Part shown: piece by piece, positions 27,268 through 40,842 of the stretch
Layout of the letters: every line of letters begins with the position of its first letter
Numbering within the stretch: position 1 is the first letter of the stretch
Assembly: GCA_038496445.1 (NCBI GenBank)
Contig: JALMLS010000455.1
Coordinates: forward strand, 620,001-684,000
Reading direction: 5' to 3'
DNA: 64,000 nucleotides
From: Trichosphaerium sp. ATCC 40318
Lineage: Eukaryota > Protista > Tubulinea
Made by a program: the position numbers and the translations under genes
Notes under the pieces: model-generated
Databases searched by the model: none
What the model saw: only the letters and a program-made list of their open reading frames with translations
Told to the model about the DNA's origin: nothing

Positions 27268-27543
27268 ACCAAAATAGAGCAGTTATTGTTGCAAGTAGCT
27301 ACTTTGTGGTAGCTGTTCATGAATCTAATTTTGGTTCGCTAAAACCCGTTTTTGGTACTCAAAATCTTTCGTTGCATTGCCACCTCTACGTACTTTCATG
27401 TGCCTACATAAGTAGGTTGTGAGGGTAGTAATGATAAAATTCAACGTTCACGTGCTACAAGAAAAACCTAGATCTATACATCAAGGCGTCGATGTTCATG
27501 GCTCAGTAAGTTTTATAATGTACAAGTGTAACTGTTTAAGCCA

Positions 27544-29514
27544 TTAAAGATCTTCTTGATTTTTTTCACGCTGCGGCGCTAATTCTATTTGCTTGGGTGG
27601 TAGTGTGGGTTTTGTACTGATATATTGAAGAGAACTTGAACCGTCAGTTTTGTTAATACTTGAGCTTGTCTTAGGACCACTAGTTGAAGATTGTTTGTTT
27701 GAAGACTTTTTTCTTATAGCTGCTATTTGTGTTATGCTTATTCCAGTAAGCGCTATCCAATATACAAGTGAGACAACATAGTATCCCCATGGAGATCTAT
27801 ACTGTTCTGATATGAAAAAAAAGGCAGCTATTGTATATATAGCAATAAATACAGCACTTGACATGAGTTGAAGAGTGATCTGGATGAGCATTAGTAATGT
27901 GTATGTTTTGCTGAAAAAAATAAGAAAAATTGAGGTCCGTACTATTTTGATTTTTTTGAGTGTTCTAGACTTTGACTGTATAGCTTGAAGACGTCTATAA
28001 ACTATTGCACCTGTTATTAAAAGGTATAAAGAAGACGCCAAAGATGAAAGCAGGATAATAACTACGGCAACACCCAAAATTAGGACACTTTCAAAGAATC
28101 CATATAAAATGCCAAGCGTGATGTCTACCGAAACGAAGAATACGAGTACAAATAAGCTTGGTATCAAGAAAGGTTTTGTCTTATCTGAAGCCTTTTGTCT
28201 AAGAGCTCTAGCGTTGTGTATCATTGCATGCCTATCAGATGAGAAGGTGAGGGATACGCTCATTGTTTAACACTAATTTTATGTTAAAAGTACCAATAGA
28301 AAGCAAATAGAACAGTCGTTGTGAACGATAGCGAAGGTATTCCTGCACCGAGAGAATCGTGTATAGGTCTTGTTAATATGCGACGGGAGTACAGAGGATC
28401 AATGATGACATAGAGAGCTCGCACTTAAAATAGTTAGCCGATGATTTCCATTAGTCAATTACCTGTATTTGCAAAAAGTTCTATCACCAAACACGCCATA
28501 GGAAGAGTCATACGTATACCAGTAGCGCTATTATGTATACTGAATATCTTGTAGCCGGCCATCGACGCAGCAAATAGGCATAAGAATCCAACAATGGCAG
28601 AAAATACTACCTTAGGAAACAAACTTAATAAACCGATTTTCTAATTCCTTCGTTCGAATAAAAATTTTGTGACGTACAAAGGCTACTTCGTTCACTGGTT
28701 TCCAAACATTTGTATCTAAAAAACTGCTTTAGCAATAAATAGCACTTCGTTATATATTCTAAGAAGTTACCATTGTCAAAGATTGTGACATTGAGACTTG
28801 GAAAAGAGCCATTTATTGGTTTATCCAATAAATCAAAAAACTCACCAATCTCGTCACCTATCTCAACGCTCGGAATGTGAGAGTTCTTCGGACCTTGTAT
28901 ATTGCTAAGCCGTATATAATCAAGTTGTCCAGGTAACCCTATAAACAAAACAAGCGCGTTAAAAAGAGAACTGTTCGGGTATTCAATCAACAATTTTTTT
29001 GTAAAAAAATCACGTGCTAAATAATGGATTCCTTATAACTAAACCAATAGCTCCGCGATTATAAGCGTTTTGAGCATCATAACCCCATGTTCTCTCAGTT
29101 TTTAAAAAAACTATTTTCCCGGATACGTTTGGATGCTTCATGCTTACTATTGCTCCTAGGTAATGTATTAAATACCCGCGAATGGATTTAGAGTTGAAAG
29201 GGAACGTATAACAGTACACACGGAGATAATCGCAGTTGTTTTTGTTGATGAAAAAAACGGAAAACATTTTTCCTTTTACGTTTTTTATTTCGTTACCTGA
29301 TAAGCTAGGTGCCATCCACGACTCTCCGGACAACCAAGAAATAGTAGGTGTAGATACTGAGCCTATGTAAATGAAATAAATTAACTAACACCATCGTAGG
29401 TGCTTGAAACTAGTCCCCATACTTACGTATTCTCTCACCGTGAAGTACCAAGCCTGATACGCTAAGTACAAGCGCTAGAGATACTGTGAATACTAGAGGA
29501 ATATGACATGACAT
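27544..29514 (-). CDS. Signal peptide + PA-like domain + seven-TM receptor-like protein
   Basis: Signal peptide; PA-like NVSGKIVFL...AQNAYNRGAIGLVIRN...IPSVEI; about 7 hydrophobic helices including FAFYW|H; Ser-rich tail. Confidence 0.75.
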
Positions 29515-29984
29515 TCTTGAAGAGACTTGAGTATCACTCACGCCAATCTAAACCTTTTTTATCGGAGTACTTGACCCAAGTGGTACAAAAAAAACTTGCG
29601 TTTTCCTTTTTTAATCACTGTGTTTATTTATCCCAAAATTATTGTTTGATAATTGGATTATATATTCTGTTTTGATTACGTCATGACAAGGGATGAAAAT
29701 ATCTAAAAGAGGAAAACATTCTTAAAAACATTTGATGTAGTGTAGGCAGCTCAAAAACCATAAGAGACGCATGAAAATCGTCCTTACTTCTGATTGACAC
29801 AGCTTAGAGTTTCTTTTCCTTCAAAACCCTTTCATCAACCCAAAGGCTATGCAATTGTACTGGCAGCTAATATTTTGGTACTAAAAGAAACGTAGAAGCG
29901 TGGATACATAAATAGTTTTATAAGAAGGATTTTTTAAACTGTCTTTTTTTTTTTCGAACTTTCTGAAAACAAACTTTTGTCAGA

Positions 29985-31184
29985 CTAGACTGTGGTTCTA
30001 CCGATTAGGTCTAGAAATTCTCTCCTTGTTTTAGGGTTGTCTCTGAACTCTCCTCTCATGCAACTAGATACTGTATTTGAAGCTGTTTTCTGTACACCAC
30101 GCATTACCATACACATATGCCTTTAAAAAAAAAGTCAGATACGCTCGGAGCTCATAACAAAAATTACTTTCAACTGAAATAATTAGACAGTGTTAACACA
30201 AAGATGTTATTAACACGAATTAAAGAGATCTTGATATGAGGCATGTTTTGTTATAGGCATGATGTGTAAAAAAATCAAAAAAAAAAGATACAAATCAGCG
30301 TACGAGCATTCAACGACTACACCACATCCTGTAGGTTCTAATACTTCCATAACAGCGTCAGCCACTACAAAAAAAATTAACCAACATACACCAACAATAA
30401 CAGAGCCAAAAAATCGCGTGACAAGCATAAACAGGCGCAATGTTACAAAATTACTAAATAAGGCTTTTTCGAAAATCACGTGTCTATTCTTTCTAAATTA
30501 ACAAGAAAGATTTCTTACCTTGTCTAGTAAGCCTTTCTTGTACTTGTAATCGTCTTGCAAATATTTCTGCTATCCGTGCAAGTTTGCTAAGACCAAGAAC
30601 TTGACCTGCAGGGAACAAACAAATAAATAACTGAAAAACGCTTCCTTTTGCGGATCGCTAAGAAAATGAGGTGTTTGTAGAATTTTCTGGTGAAGTTGGC
30701 GTAGAAATTGTTTTGAGCGAACGAAATGATGAATAAATATTCGCGCACCGTTTGGTAGGTATCCTATATGCATTTTACCATAAAAAGGTACTAAATGGTG
30801 CTCGCACATCGAAAAGATTTCGATATTTCTTACAATTACCATATCGTCCGTGTCTACGTCAAATATAGCGTCGTTTACAGCCTCTGCGCGTATTAATACA
30901 TAACTGAGGTGATATAACTTTACTTACCTGCGAGTGTTTTCTCATAGCCTGAAGTGAAGAATTGGAGCGCTTTTGCCATCCTTTCTGGCGTTTTTAGGAG
31001 TCCTTGACGTTTAGTATTCTCACTAGAGGTATGTAAGCTTATATAGCGTATTAAACACATACCCAAGCGCATCGAGTACTTTCTCGCATGATTCAACGAG
31101 CTCGGGGAATTTCTCTTCTCTCCGCTTGATTATTTGTTCGCTTTTGGCTTTACTAATATTTGTGTCTTTATTATTGGTAGCCAT
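29985..31184 (-). CDS. GCH1: GTP cyclohydrolase I
   Basis: [56 protein letters not shown]. Confidence 0.97.
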
Positions 31185-31710
31185 GTTGTGTTACACGTAG
31201 AATTCTCCGTGAAAGATGCTTTTTTTGTTTTTGGCTATCAAGTCCAAAGACGTTAACACCAAAACATAAGATGAGTACACACGTCATTGAGGCTTAAGTA
31301 TTCGCCAATGGCGAGCTGAATTTATTATCAATGTTGTCCATTGTTTGACAGGGCAGTTGCATTCCATTTTCTAGTTGTTCAGCATTTGATATTTACAAGG
31401 CAGTAATGGCGTAATGTTCTCAAAAAAATCGTGTTCTCCGATTGAACAACGAACCCTACAGCAGGTTTCACCTCTTCATTCCTACAGAGTCAATACGCTC
31501 AGTTGCTGACTACTGAAGCAGTAAATTAAGCCTTTACTTGTAAGGTATCACGACTTGATTACAACTTTGTGTACTTTATTATTGTTTTACAAAAACTCAA
31601 TCAAAAAGATCAAACAGTTGTTGGTCTTTATAGCTCTGCGTTGATGACAAAAACGGCAGATAAAAAAATTGGCGAAATGAGAACTCCCTTGTTTTGTATT
31701 TTTTTTGAGT

Positions 31711-33022
31711 TTACTCTTTTGATTCGGTTTGCTCTCCAGGAGATTTAGTGGAATTATCTGTCATATCGATATCCATTTTTTCAAATTTTTCGTCAAGTGT
31801 TGTTGATCCATCAGCCATATCCAGGTTCTTGTTGTATCCAAGTGCACTTAAGTCTTTCCATGTCTCTTGTGGATCTTGCATTGTTTGTACAACATAGAAA
31901 GAGAAGAATCCTTGAAACTCTAACATGCCATTTTCATTGGCATGGAAATTTGTAGTTAACATTTTGATCTAAAACAGAAAAAAATAAGAACTTATTTTTA
32001 ATACACCCCTGACATGCTTCCATGTTTTTTGAATGAAAAATTCGCTGTTTGGTAATATACTGTAATTTAATTGGTGTAAAAATATTAGAATACAGCGCGA
32101 AATAAAAATAGTAGAAGCACGCCAAGGTGCGGACTTTCAAAAAAAAAAAGAAAAAGGTTTGATTATGCAATTACTTTTAACAAAGATACATCAACCTTCG
32201 TTTGTAATAAAAAATAATATATCATAGTACTACTCACCTGATCATCTGTAATCTCAGTATTATTTACAGCAAAATAAAAAGCACTTAGCTCTTTTTTACT
32301 AAGAGCACCATCTTTGTCTGTATCAAATTTTTCGAAAATGTCAGCAAGTACATTTTGGAATTTAAACGTTGGTTGACCTTCTGGCGATACAAGTGGGATT
32401 GCTGTTACAGAGAAAACGACCGTTAGAACGCTATTAATTAACTAGAACGTATTTTTTTCGAAACGAGATAAAAGTAGCATAAGAACAAGCTGTGAGCGTG
32501 AACGTACGATTATCACCGCGTTCTTCGCGTTCCTCTCGTTGAATCTCTATCATGCCATCAATAAGAGGTTGGACGCGTGGATCATTAGGCGCTGTTTGTT
32601 TGGCGTCTTTTAGCGTTCTTAAAGCCTCGTCGTATTCGCTCAAATGACCAAGTATGTACGCTTTGCCTACAACGAGTTTTAATACTTCTCCTTCGCTTTC
32701 AGGGTAGTAGTACCAAGCAGTGCGGCTATGTGTGTTGGTTCTACGGACAGAATTCCATCATAAGTCTCCAAAGCTTCAATTAGGGATTGATATGAAATAC
32801 CACCATCGTTTTCGTCCTATTAATAACATTTTAATGTACCAGTCTCCGTGTTTTGAAATAATTACCTCTTCAGCGCGTAATTGTTCATTTACTTCCTGGC
32901 ACAGCTCATCTAAAGTAATTTCCTCCTCTTCTTCTTCCTTATTTGCTTTTAAAAAAAGGAATTAGCTTAGAAAAACTGTAAAATAGGTTAACATTACTTG
33001 GTGGGCCTCCTAACGTTGTCAT
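31711..33022 (-). CDS. TPR + EF-hand protein
   Basis: TPR-like ALLGKAYILGHLSEYDEAL...APNDP; EF-hand FEKFDTDKDGALSKKEL; C-terminal ETWKDLSALGY. Confidence 0.8.
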
Positions 33023-33649
33023 CTTGTACTATTAACTGCGTTGACACTAGGTCCAGTACAGTCAGCGAAAACTCAGATTTTACGTGCGTATTTTGGTTTT
33101 CTGCTGTAGTTTTGAATTAGTGACTTTTAAAGTGTCCCTAGGGCTCGTGACTTAGTGGTCAGCGTTGAGATAGGTTCTACTCCAATCGGTTGTTTTTGTT
33201 GTTTCTTGTATCTTATAGAGGTAGTCCAGTGCCGGCTTAGCAGGCTTCCAAAATTTGTAACCGGCTAAGAAAGTGGGCTTAAATCAGAATTTTTTACGAA
33301 ATTGGAACTTTGGCAGTTTTTTTGGTTAGCCGGTTATACAACTTAAAAGGTGAACATTCTATAGCCGTTTTAAGTACGATATGCTTTCTAAACACTTAGT
33401 AATTGTCATGATGGATTACTGTCCAAAGTACACGTGCGAGCTGACATAGTACAGGAAGTGGTCTTGATCGCCTTTTGGAGTAGCTGTCAGCTAGACTCCC
33501 CTACTGTAATATCGTTGATTAAATAAGAATAAACCTTATCTTTACTTACTTATACGATTTCACCTTCTTATAATATATTATACGAAATCAAAATCATGTC
33601 AGAAATATACTCAGAAATAATGAAGCGTTTGCAATCTTTTTTTTTTTTG

Positions 33650-34238
33650 TATTTTTATTTCAACATTGGTGCTTCAGAACTAACAATTTCTATATAAGTA
33701 GTGCATTGCTCCATCATTATCCTTTATAACATATGCTTGATAGCAATAACCCACAGAGCTATGAAGTGATGCATCAAACATTGTAATGTACTTGATATTA
33801 AAAGCTTTAAAAAAGATGATGCTGTATTTCTTCTTCCTTGGTAGTGGTGGGTCAAAACAATACTATAGAGCAAAGAAACGTACCTTTAGGAAAACAACAG
33901 GTATCAACAGACCTCATAAATCCACTTTCTGACTTATCTTTTGGTATCTCTTTCCACGTGTCAACTGCATAAACTTGATCATCAAACCACTTTTGTAGTT
34001 CGTCTTCTGGCACCTCTTCTGTAAGTTTGTTGCTTGTATAAACGAATTTCGCTCCACTGAGTCCAGATTTATGATCAGTGATGTTATCCCATATATCACG
34101 CAAGTACAAAGCGCCGTTAACGAGTTTTTTTGTAGCGTCTTTAAATCGATGTGAAACAAGACAAAAGGTGCTAAAAGAAGTGTAACAGTCGTATTTAAGT
34201 ATATCAAAGAGTGTTTCGTTTGGTATGATGTTCATCAT
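33650..34238 (-). CDS. F-box-like protein; 3' end approximate
   Basis: IIPNETLFDILKY...FCLVSHRFK at the N-terminus; GTACGT donor near 33883. Confidence 0.6.
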
Positions 34239-34619
34239 ACCGATTAGTGTTGGAAATTGAGTGTGGCAGTTGATACGTTCTTCTTGCGTTAATTCTAGGC
34301 TCTCTACAACGTTTGTCTAAAAAACCGCTCATGTACTAAGTCAACGGGATTAAGCTCACACTGCAAATTCGGGTTGTGCGTCATCAATTAGGCGTGTAAC
34401 ATTAGAAATTTTTAACTAAATGTAAGATCTATACTATGAGATGACTTGTCAGTACACAGGGTAACATATTTGTGTATCAAGACAGTGGCTGGTGTACTTA
34501 ACATTGCTTCACAACAAACTGTAGGGCAATAAAATTAAGGGCTTGTGTACACTTCTGCGTATCAGACAACAAATAGAACAGAGTACATTACAATTTATAA
34601 ATAAAGTATTTACATGGCT

Positions 34620-35404
34620 TCACTGGGCCGTCCCACATGTACTCCCATAAGGACCATATGTTCTTTTGTTGGTAATAAAAGAAACCTTGTCTACAATCCA
34701 ACCTCTTCGAACTGGAATACTCAACACTTCTTCATCTTGCTCAAGTACTATTTCATATATCTTGTCTGTGCCGAATTTAGCACCTTGTTCTACCACTGTG
34801 TTAGTCATAGCACAACAACAAATGTTACAACTTACCAATACTAGAGCCATCATCAAAGGAAAGGCCTATTAATAAACTTTTGATTAGTACAGCTTTGAAA
34901 CAGGTGATGTTTAAATAGGTACTTACAAATGTAACTTATGTAATTTGTCACAACTAGCTCTATTTTAGTCATCTTTGGGTATCCACCCTTACTAGCAGTA
35001 CCTAAGGTAACCAGGATCCACTGGGAGTTGTGTGTATTGCATCCATCAAGTTGATTTCGGTTTGTAAGGTGGTACGTGGTTCCTTTCCATGAGAATGTTA
35101 TCTCTTCTTCAATACCATCCTTGTTTCTATTCTTGAATGTAAGATTTGTTGCTTTTTCTCCATTCACTTTCAGCCAACTTATTGACGTTTTGGCCCAACT
35201 GCTTAGCACGTGTTTTTACAAGTACAACGAATTTGATGGAACGCCAGTTTTCTTTTGGGATGTATTTATCACGTGGGAAATAATTTCTGATACCTTGGTG
35301 AGCTTAAAACAAGCTGTTATTGTCAAATCCCCGAACGTGTAAGTGTATGTGTAATCACCGCCTTTGCTCATCTTTTAATGGTTGTAAGAGTAGTTGTTTG
35401 TATG
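34620..35404 (-). pseudogene. Chimera: 5' part of gene 39508 fused to jacalin exons of the neighbouring F-box gene
   Basis: About 35064-35404 is an inverted near-identical copy of 39475-39834; about 34640-34985 resembles 36291-36658. The intron-1 acceptor is deleted and the jacalin part is truncated. Confidence 0.75.
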
Positions 35405-36146
35405 TCAGCGTGTATCTTAGTTATGCTAACAGTGATGTTATCATAACCGTCTATTATTTAAAAGATTACTGGCCTATTTTTTTTAGAAAGTGTTCAATTA
35501 ACACAAACTACGCTTTGGTGTCACGTGAAGATTTTCTAATATTCTCGGCCTATATCCATTTTCTAAATGCTGTTAATGTATCTCAGACTTCTATTGATAA
35601 GTTCTAGACTGCAAACTGACAGCTAAATGTATTCACTAAACGCAAAAAATGTGAATTTATTTGGTTTTGGTGATATCTTTGCTTAAACAATAAAGCATTG
35701 AGTTGTCCTAAGTGTCATCGTGGTCTGTTTTTGATTGAACAAAGTTGAGTTTATAGCACGAGTATTTGGCTAAAACGTATCGACTATTTGAGTGCAGTAC
35801 GCAAGATATTTTAAATAGGATTAAATATCAAGTTCAAAAACAACTTGTCTGTCTGTAGCTTATTTATCTTATCTATATTTATTTCAAATGTATGATAACT
35901 ATTTATGTATGCAGAAACAGGGACATGTCAGTGAAGATATCTTTTGCAGTATGAATGTCCTGCAAGATTGCCTTTTGATTTCCAATAAGTAAAAGTCAAT
36001 GCAACTAGCACGTGGTTGAATGGCAACAGGGACACAACTTGCATAGGTTTGGCCTTTAAAAGGGTACACGACCGTATACACTATGGTTAGTGTTTAACTG
36101 GTCTTTATTTGTGAGTACAAGAGAGGGTTTATAAACTTCAGGTGAA

Positions 36147-37665
36147 TCAACAAGCATTATGTAAAATACCTTTTGGTGAAACAAACATCACGTTTAAGGT
36201 ACTAACACAAAACCTGCCATTAAATCGCTTTTTGTTCATTGTAATACCAGCAATATTTCCCTTTAAGGCTTCTACTGGTTTACCACCAAGTCCTCCATAA
36301 GGACCGTATGTTCTTTTGTTGGTAATAAAAGCAACCCTGTCTACAATCCAACCTCTTCGAACTGGAATACTCAACACTTCTTCATCTTGTTCAAGTACTA
36401 TTTCACTTATATTGTCTGTAATCAGTTTAGTGCCTTGCTCTGCATTGTGTTGTTAGTAGCCAAGGTAAACTATAAGATGGACATACCGACCACTGAGCCA
36501 TCATCAAAGAAGAAACCTATACAAGAAATCAGCAAAAAACTTCAAAAATATCCTTTAGAAATAGGATGCAGCGATAGCCTTTTGCACTAATTGTGCGTAC
36601 AAATGTAGTATACATATGTTGTTGCAACAATATGTATTTTAGTGATCTTGGGGTATCCCATCATCATAACAATTGGGTCTTCCCAAAAGACAGGGTGAAA
36701 CCTTTTGTTCCCCTGAAAAGCTGTATCCTCTGTACATCTTAAACCAACAAGAAAACGACCAGAATGTTCAGATTCTGTCCCACCGTATGCTAAGTATGTT
36801 AATCTACTTGGTACATTCATACTCCTTTCTCACTCGCTGCTAAAAAAAACCGAATTTCAAAAAAAAGACTGTCTATTGTTAAAAACAATATGGTTCACGT
36901 GACTTATAAGATGATTTAACACTTTGTCCAACAATAATAATAATCACGTACGTTTACCAAATCTCAGTTTCCTGGCCATGTTTGTGACAAATTCAAGTCT
37001 GACTACAAGAAAGAAGTAAATAAAAACAATTGTTTAACTTGAACATTTACATAGAGTGTCAAACTGTCCAATATTAACTTTCGTTATTGACTCTCCTTGC
37101 ATAAGACGGTGAACCCTTCCGTAGTTTTCTAACCGCTGGTGCTCCATTCTTTGAAGAGCTAGAAGAGGCATCGCATCACCATATTCAAGTGTTGACAAAA
37201 TAAACTTTGGTCGATTCAGCAGAGACTCAGTACGTGATTGCAACGCCTAAAACGTACTTAGCAACCCATATACAACTATGCTCCGTGTTAAAACCATCAC
37301 AAATTTACCATAAAGATAGAAATCAATGTTTAACTTACTTTTCTCCAAGAAAATCCAGTATCCAGTTTAAGACCTTTCACCACGTGTCTTTAAACGAAAA
37401 TAATTTAACAAAGTGACAGTTGCGCTTATAGCACGTACCCCTCACGGTTTAATATTACATGGTACAAGTGCTTCCATATTCTGTCGTTTTGCACACGAGA
37501 CAACATCAATTTGCTTGTCAACCCAAAATTAAGCAATGAAGGCAAATTATCAGCAAAGAAGTACGTTATTTCTTCTATAATTTCTCCAGGAAGCATACCA
37601 AATACCGGTTCGTTATAGGATACCTCAGGTACCTTTAAAACCTTTTCTTGAGAGCAGATGGACAT
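36147..37665 (-). CDS. F-box + jacalin-like lectin domain protein; 3' end approximate
   Basis: F-box MLPGEIIEEITYF...LTSK...NDRIWKHLY; jacalin-like GESITKVNI..RLEFVTN..R..FG and GWIVDRVAFITNKRTYGPYGGLGG. Confidence 0.8.
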
Positions 37666-37893
37666 TTATATTGGCATTAACAAAAAATGAAAAAAGAAGA
37701 ACAAAGACTGTCTTAACTACCTTTGACAGGTACATTTTTCGGCTTATAAAGCAACTTCATTATAGAGTTATTCGATTGAGAGAAGTCCTTGCTCAGATCA
37801 CGTGTTACAAAGTGACTTATTCGCATAAGTCTTTTACCTAAATTTTATTAGTCAATTACTGAGTTCATACGCAACCTAAACTACGCAAAACGT

Positions 37894-38971
37894 ATGTTGA
37901 GATACACTGTATTGTCTAGAGCACGTACAGGTACAATAAGGCAGAAAAATATCCGTTATTGTAGTACAACTGCCACAGACGCTAAAGAAGTAAAGTACGT
38001 TACTGTTTTACCATATAATGGCGTTTGGTGTTAAATAAGGAGTAGTGTCGATCAATTGAAGGAAAATATATTGGACGCGTCTCTAAAACACGTACCAAAG
38101 CTTGGTTGGACATTACACGCGCTACAACAAGTAATTAAACAAATAATACATTCTCTCTTACGTAACTTATTCAGGGCGCACAAGACGCTGGTAATTCGCG
38201 TGTACTACACGGTTTATTCCCAAATGGCCCAGTTGATCTCGTAGAACACTTCGTTCACACAGCAAATAAGCGTGTAGCTAACAAACTAAGCGAACTGCCA
38301 TTAGAAGAGTACGTATTGGGTTTTAGACGCTCACCAAAGAAAAAAAAATCAAAACGCAATTAACCCTGTTGTTTCAAGGATGCCATTGAATCAGCGTATT
38401 AAAACAGCGATTAAATCGCGTCTCGAAGAAAATATTCCATACGTCAGTCGTTGGCATGAAGCACTCGGTTTGTGTGTTGCATCTGGCCCTTTTAAGGCAT
38501 GTGGTATAGCAAGCACAGCTCTAGCAATGGTAGACGAGATTGCTCACGCATCTACAATCAATCCTCTTGCAGATTCAAGCGTATGTTTGACACCTCTTTC
38601 GGACTACTTTTTTCCTTCTTCTTATTTGACGTCCCTCGGTTCTAAACTATTATAGGTCGATTGGTACGCCAAGCGCGCTATTGTTGCCGGTATTTACGCA
38701 AACACAGGTACGGTTTTAAGGTGACAGAATTGCAGTTTTTCAAATTTATTTATTTTCTTTCCCTGACTTGCGAAGAATCACGTTTTTAACGCTTCTTGTA
38801 GAACTGTACTTTATGCAAGATACCTCAGAGAATTATACAGCAACATGGGAGTTTTTAGACCGTAGAATTGAAGATGCTATTGCGCTTACAAGAGGGAAAA
38901 CAGAACTCGAAAATATGGCAAATATGGCTTCTAAAATGGTTTATTCAACAGTATTCAGTGCTGCCAAGTAA
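37894..38971 (+). CDS. COQ9: Ubiquinone biosynthesis protein COQ9
   Basis: Mitochondrial-type presequence; ILDASLKHVPKLGWT, LFPNGPVDLVEHF, DWYAKRA, ELYFMQDTS..YTATWEFLDRRIED. Confidence 0.93.
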
Positions 38972-39507
38972 AAAGAAGAAAAAAGAAAGATACAATGTAA
39001 TACAACAAAAAGCATAACTAGAAACGTATCTATTGTAAATAAAGACGCACACAGTACTTAAGAGATGATCAACTTCAATAACTTTACTAACAACAGCCAG
39101 TGTTGCATTAACACTACGCAGTTGTTAGACTACGAATACCCTTAAACATATTTTCTCTAGACCAATGAAACCTTATCCTACATTTTCCTCCAACGTTGGT
39201 AACACGTGTTTGTGTCTTGAGCCATTGAACAGACGAGTTAGCTGTTTGTGTTTGTATTCAGCATTCCACAATTCGCTGATTTTGGCAACGCCTGTTTTGT
39301 TACCTTAACAAGTGTAAAACTGTGGATAGCCTGTTTTGTTCATTTAAGCAAAAGGGATAACGGAGTGTCAAAAAATAAATTGTACTCAAATTTCTGATTA
39401 GCTGAATAAACCTGTCGGTCAACGGCAATACTGTTGTTTTGATAACGGCACAGTAAGCATAAATCAAATACACACATACAAACAACTACTCTTACAACCA
39501 TTAAAAG

Positions 39508-40449
39508 ATGAGCAAAGGCGGTGATTACACATACACTTACACGTTCGGGGATTTGACAATAACAGCTTGTTTTAAGCTCACCAAGGTATCAGAAATTATT
39601 TCCCACGTGATGAATACGTCCCGAAAGAAACTACATCCCGTCAGATTCTTTTCGTTGTACTTGTATAAAAACACGTGCTAAGCTTCAAATGTAGGGAAGT
39701 TGGGCCAAAACGTCAATAAATTGGCTTAAAGTGAATGGAGAAAAAGCAACAAATCTTACATTCAAGAATAGAAACAAGGATGGTATTGAAGAAGAGATAA
39801 CATTCTCATGGAAAGGAACCACGTACTACCTTACCTGGATCAGTGTTCTTGGTAAATGGATGTTCTCTACAGAACGTTCAATGGCTCCTGGTAACAGCAA
39901 CGGCGATAGCAATGCAGGAAACAAGACTGTTTGTCCTGTACCAGGCACTGGCAGTTCTGGCCAATTTGGAAAGCTTTTCGAAGGAGAAGGACGTAGACCA
40001 ACCACTGATGATCCTATTAAATGGCGTCGTTATGAAATAACTGCTGTTAAGTATGATGGAGTTGTTCATGATCATCCACGTATTCAAATTACTTTTAACA
40101 CAAAAGGTAAATTGCTTAATTGTTAGCTTGTTTTTTCTTACTGTGTTAAGGTCATCTCATTGATAAGACAAGTTCTGACAAGAGCAAGAAGGTAATAGCC
40201 ATCAACACTGCTACTTTGGCTAAGATTGATTTGTACGGTGTAAACCACTGGGCTTGGCCAGGTGGTAACGGAAGTATTCAAGGTAAAATAACTATTTCTA
40301 CACACATAAAAGACTTCTGAACTAACGTATTATTTCCAGGTTTCTACGTTTGGCCAGTTGATAAAGAAGACCAATGGGCTGGTAAAAAGGATGAAGTGAT
40401 GAAATTCTTTGCGCCTGGTACAACAGTAGAAGTTGGTGAAGTAGAGTAA
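39508..40449 (+). CDS. Four-exon beta-rich protein of unknown function
   Basis: MSKGGDYTYTYTFG...LTK|GSWAKTSINWLKVNG...|GHLID...|GFYVWP...GEVE*; all introns in phase. Confidence 0.75.
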
Positions 40450-40842
40450 ACAAGAAAAAAACAAGTTACTTTACATAATTATGTTTACAATAAAGCAATT
40501 GTTATGGTCACTCTAGTGTACTCATGACGAATCAATGTCAACCATAATCTCAAGCTCATATTACAGCTGTATGGTGCTAAGGTTCGTCTCACGGATACAA
40601 CCAAGTTTGTACCACGTTGAACTTCAATGCACTTTGTGATAGTATTGCAAAGCAACGTAATTATGGTGTAATAGTTTTCGGCTGTATTGGGTGATAACGT
40701 TCAAATTTCAAGAAAAAATTTGACGTTTTGTAAAGTATTTTCTTCTTTTCGTTGAATGTAAAGGTTGGCGTATTTTAAGGCATAGCTCGTTTTAAAATAA
40801 TAAAGGACATACACAGCAACGCACTCTGAGTGACTTCATCTC

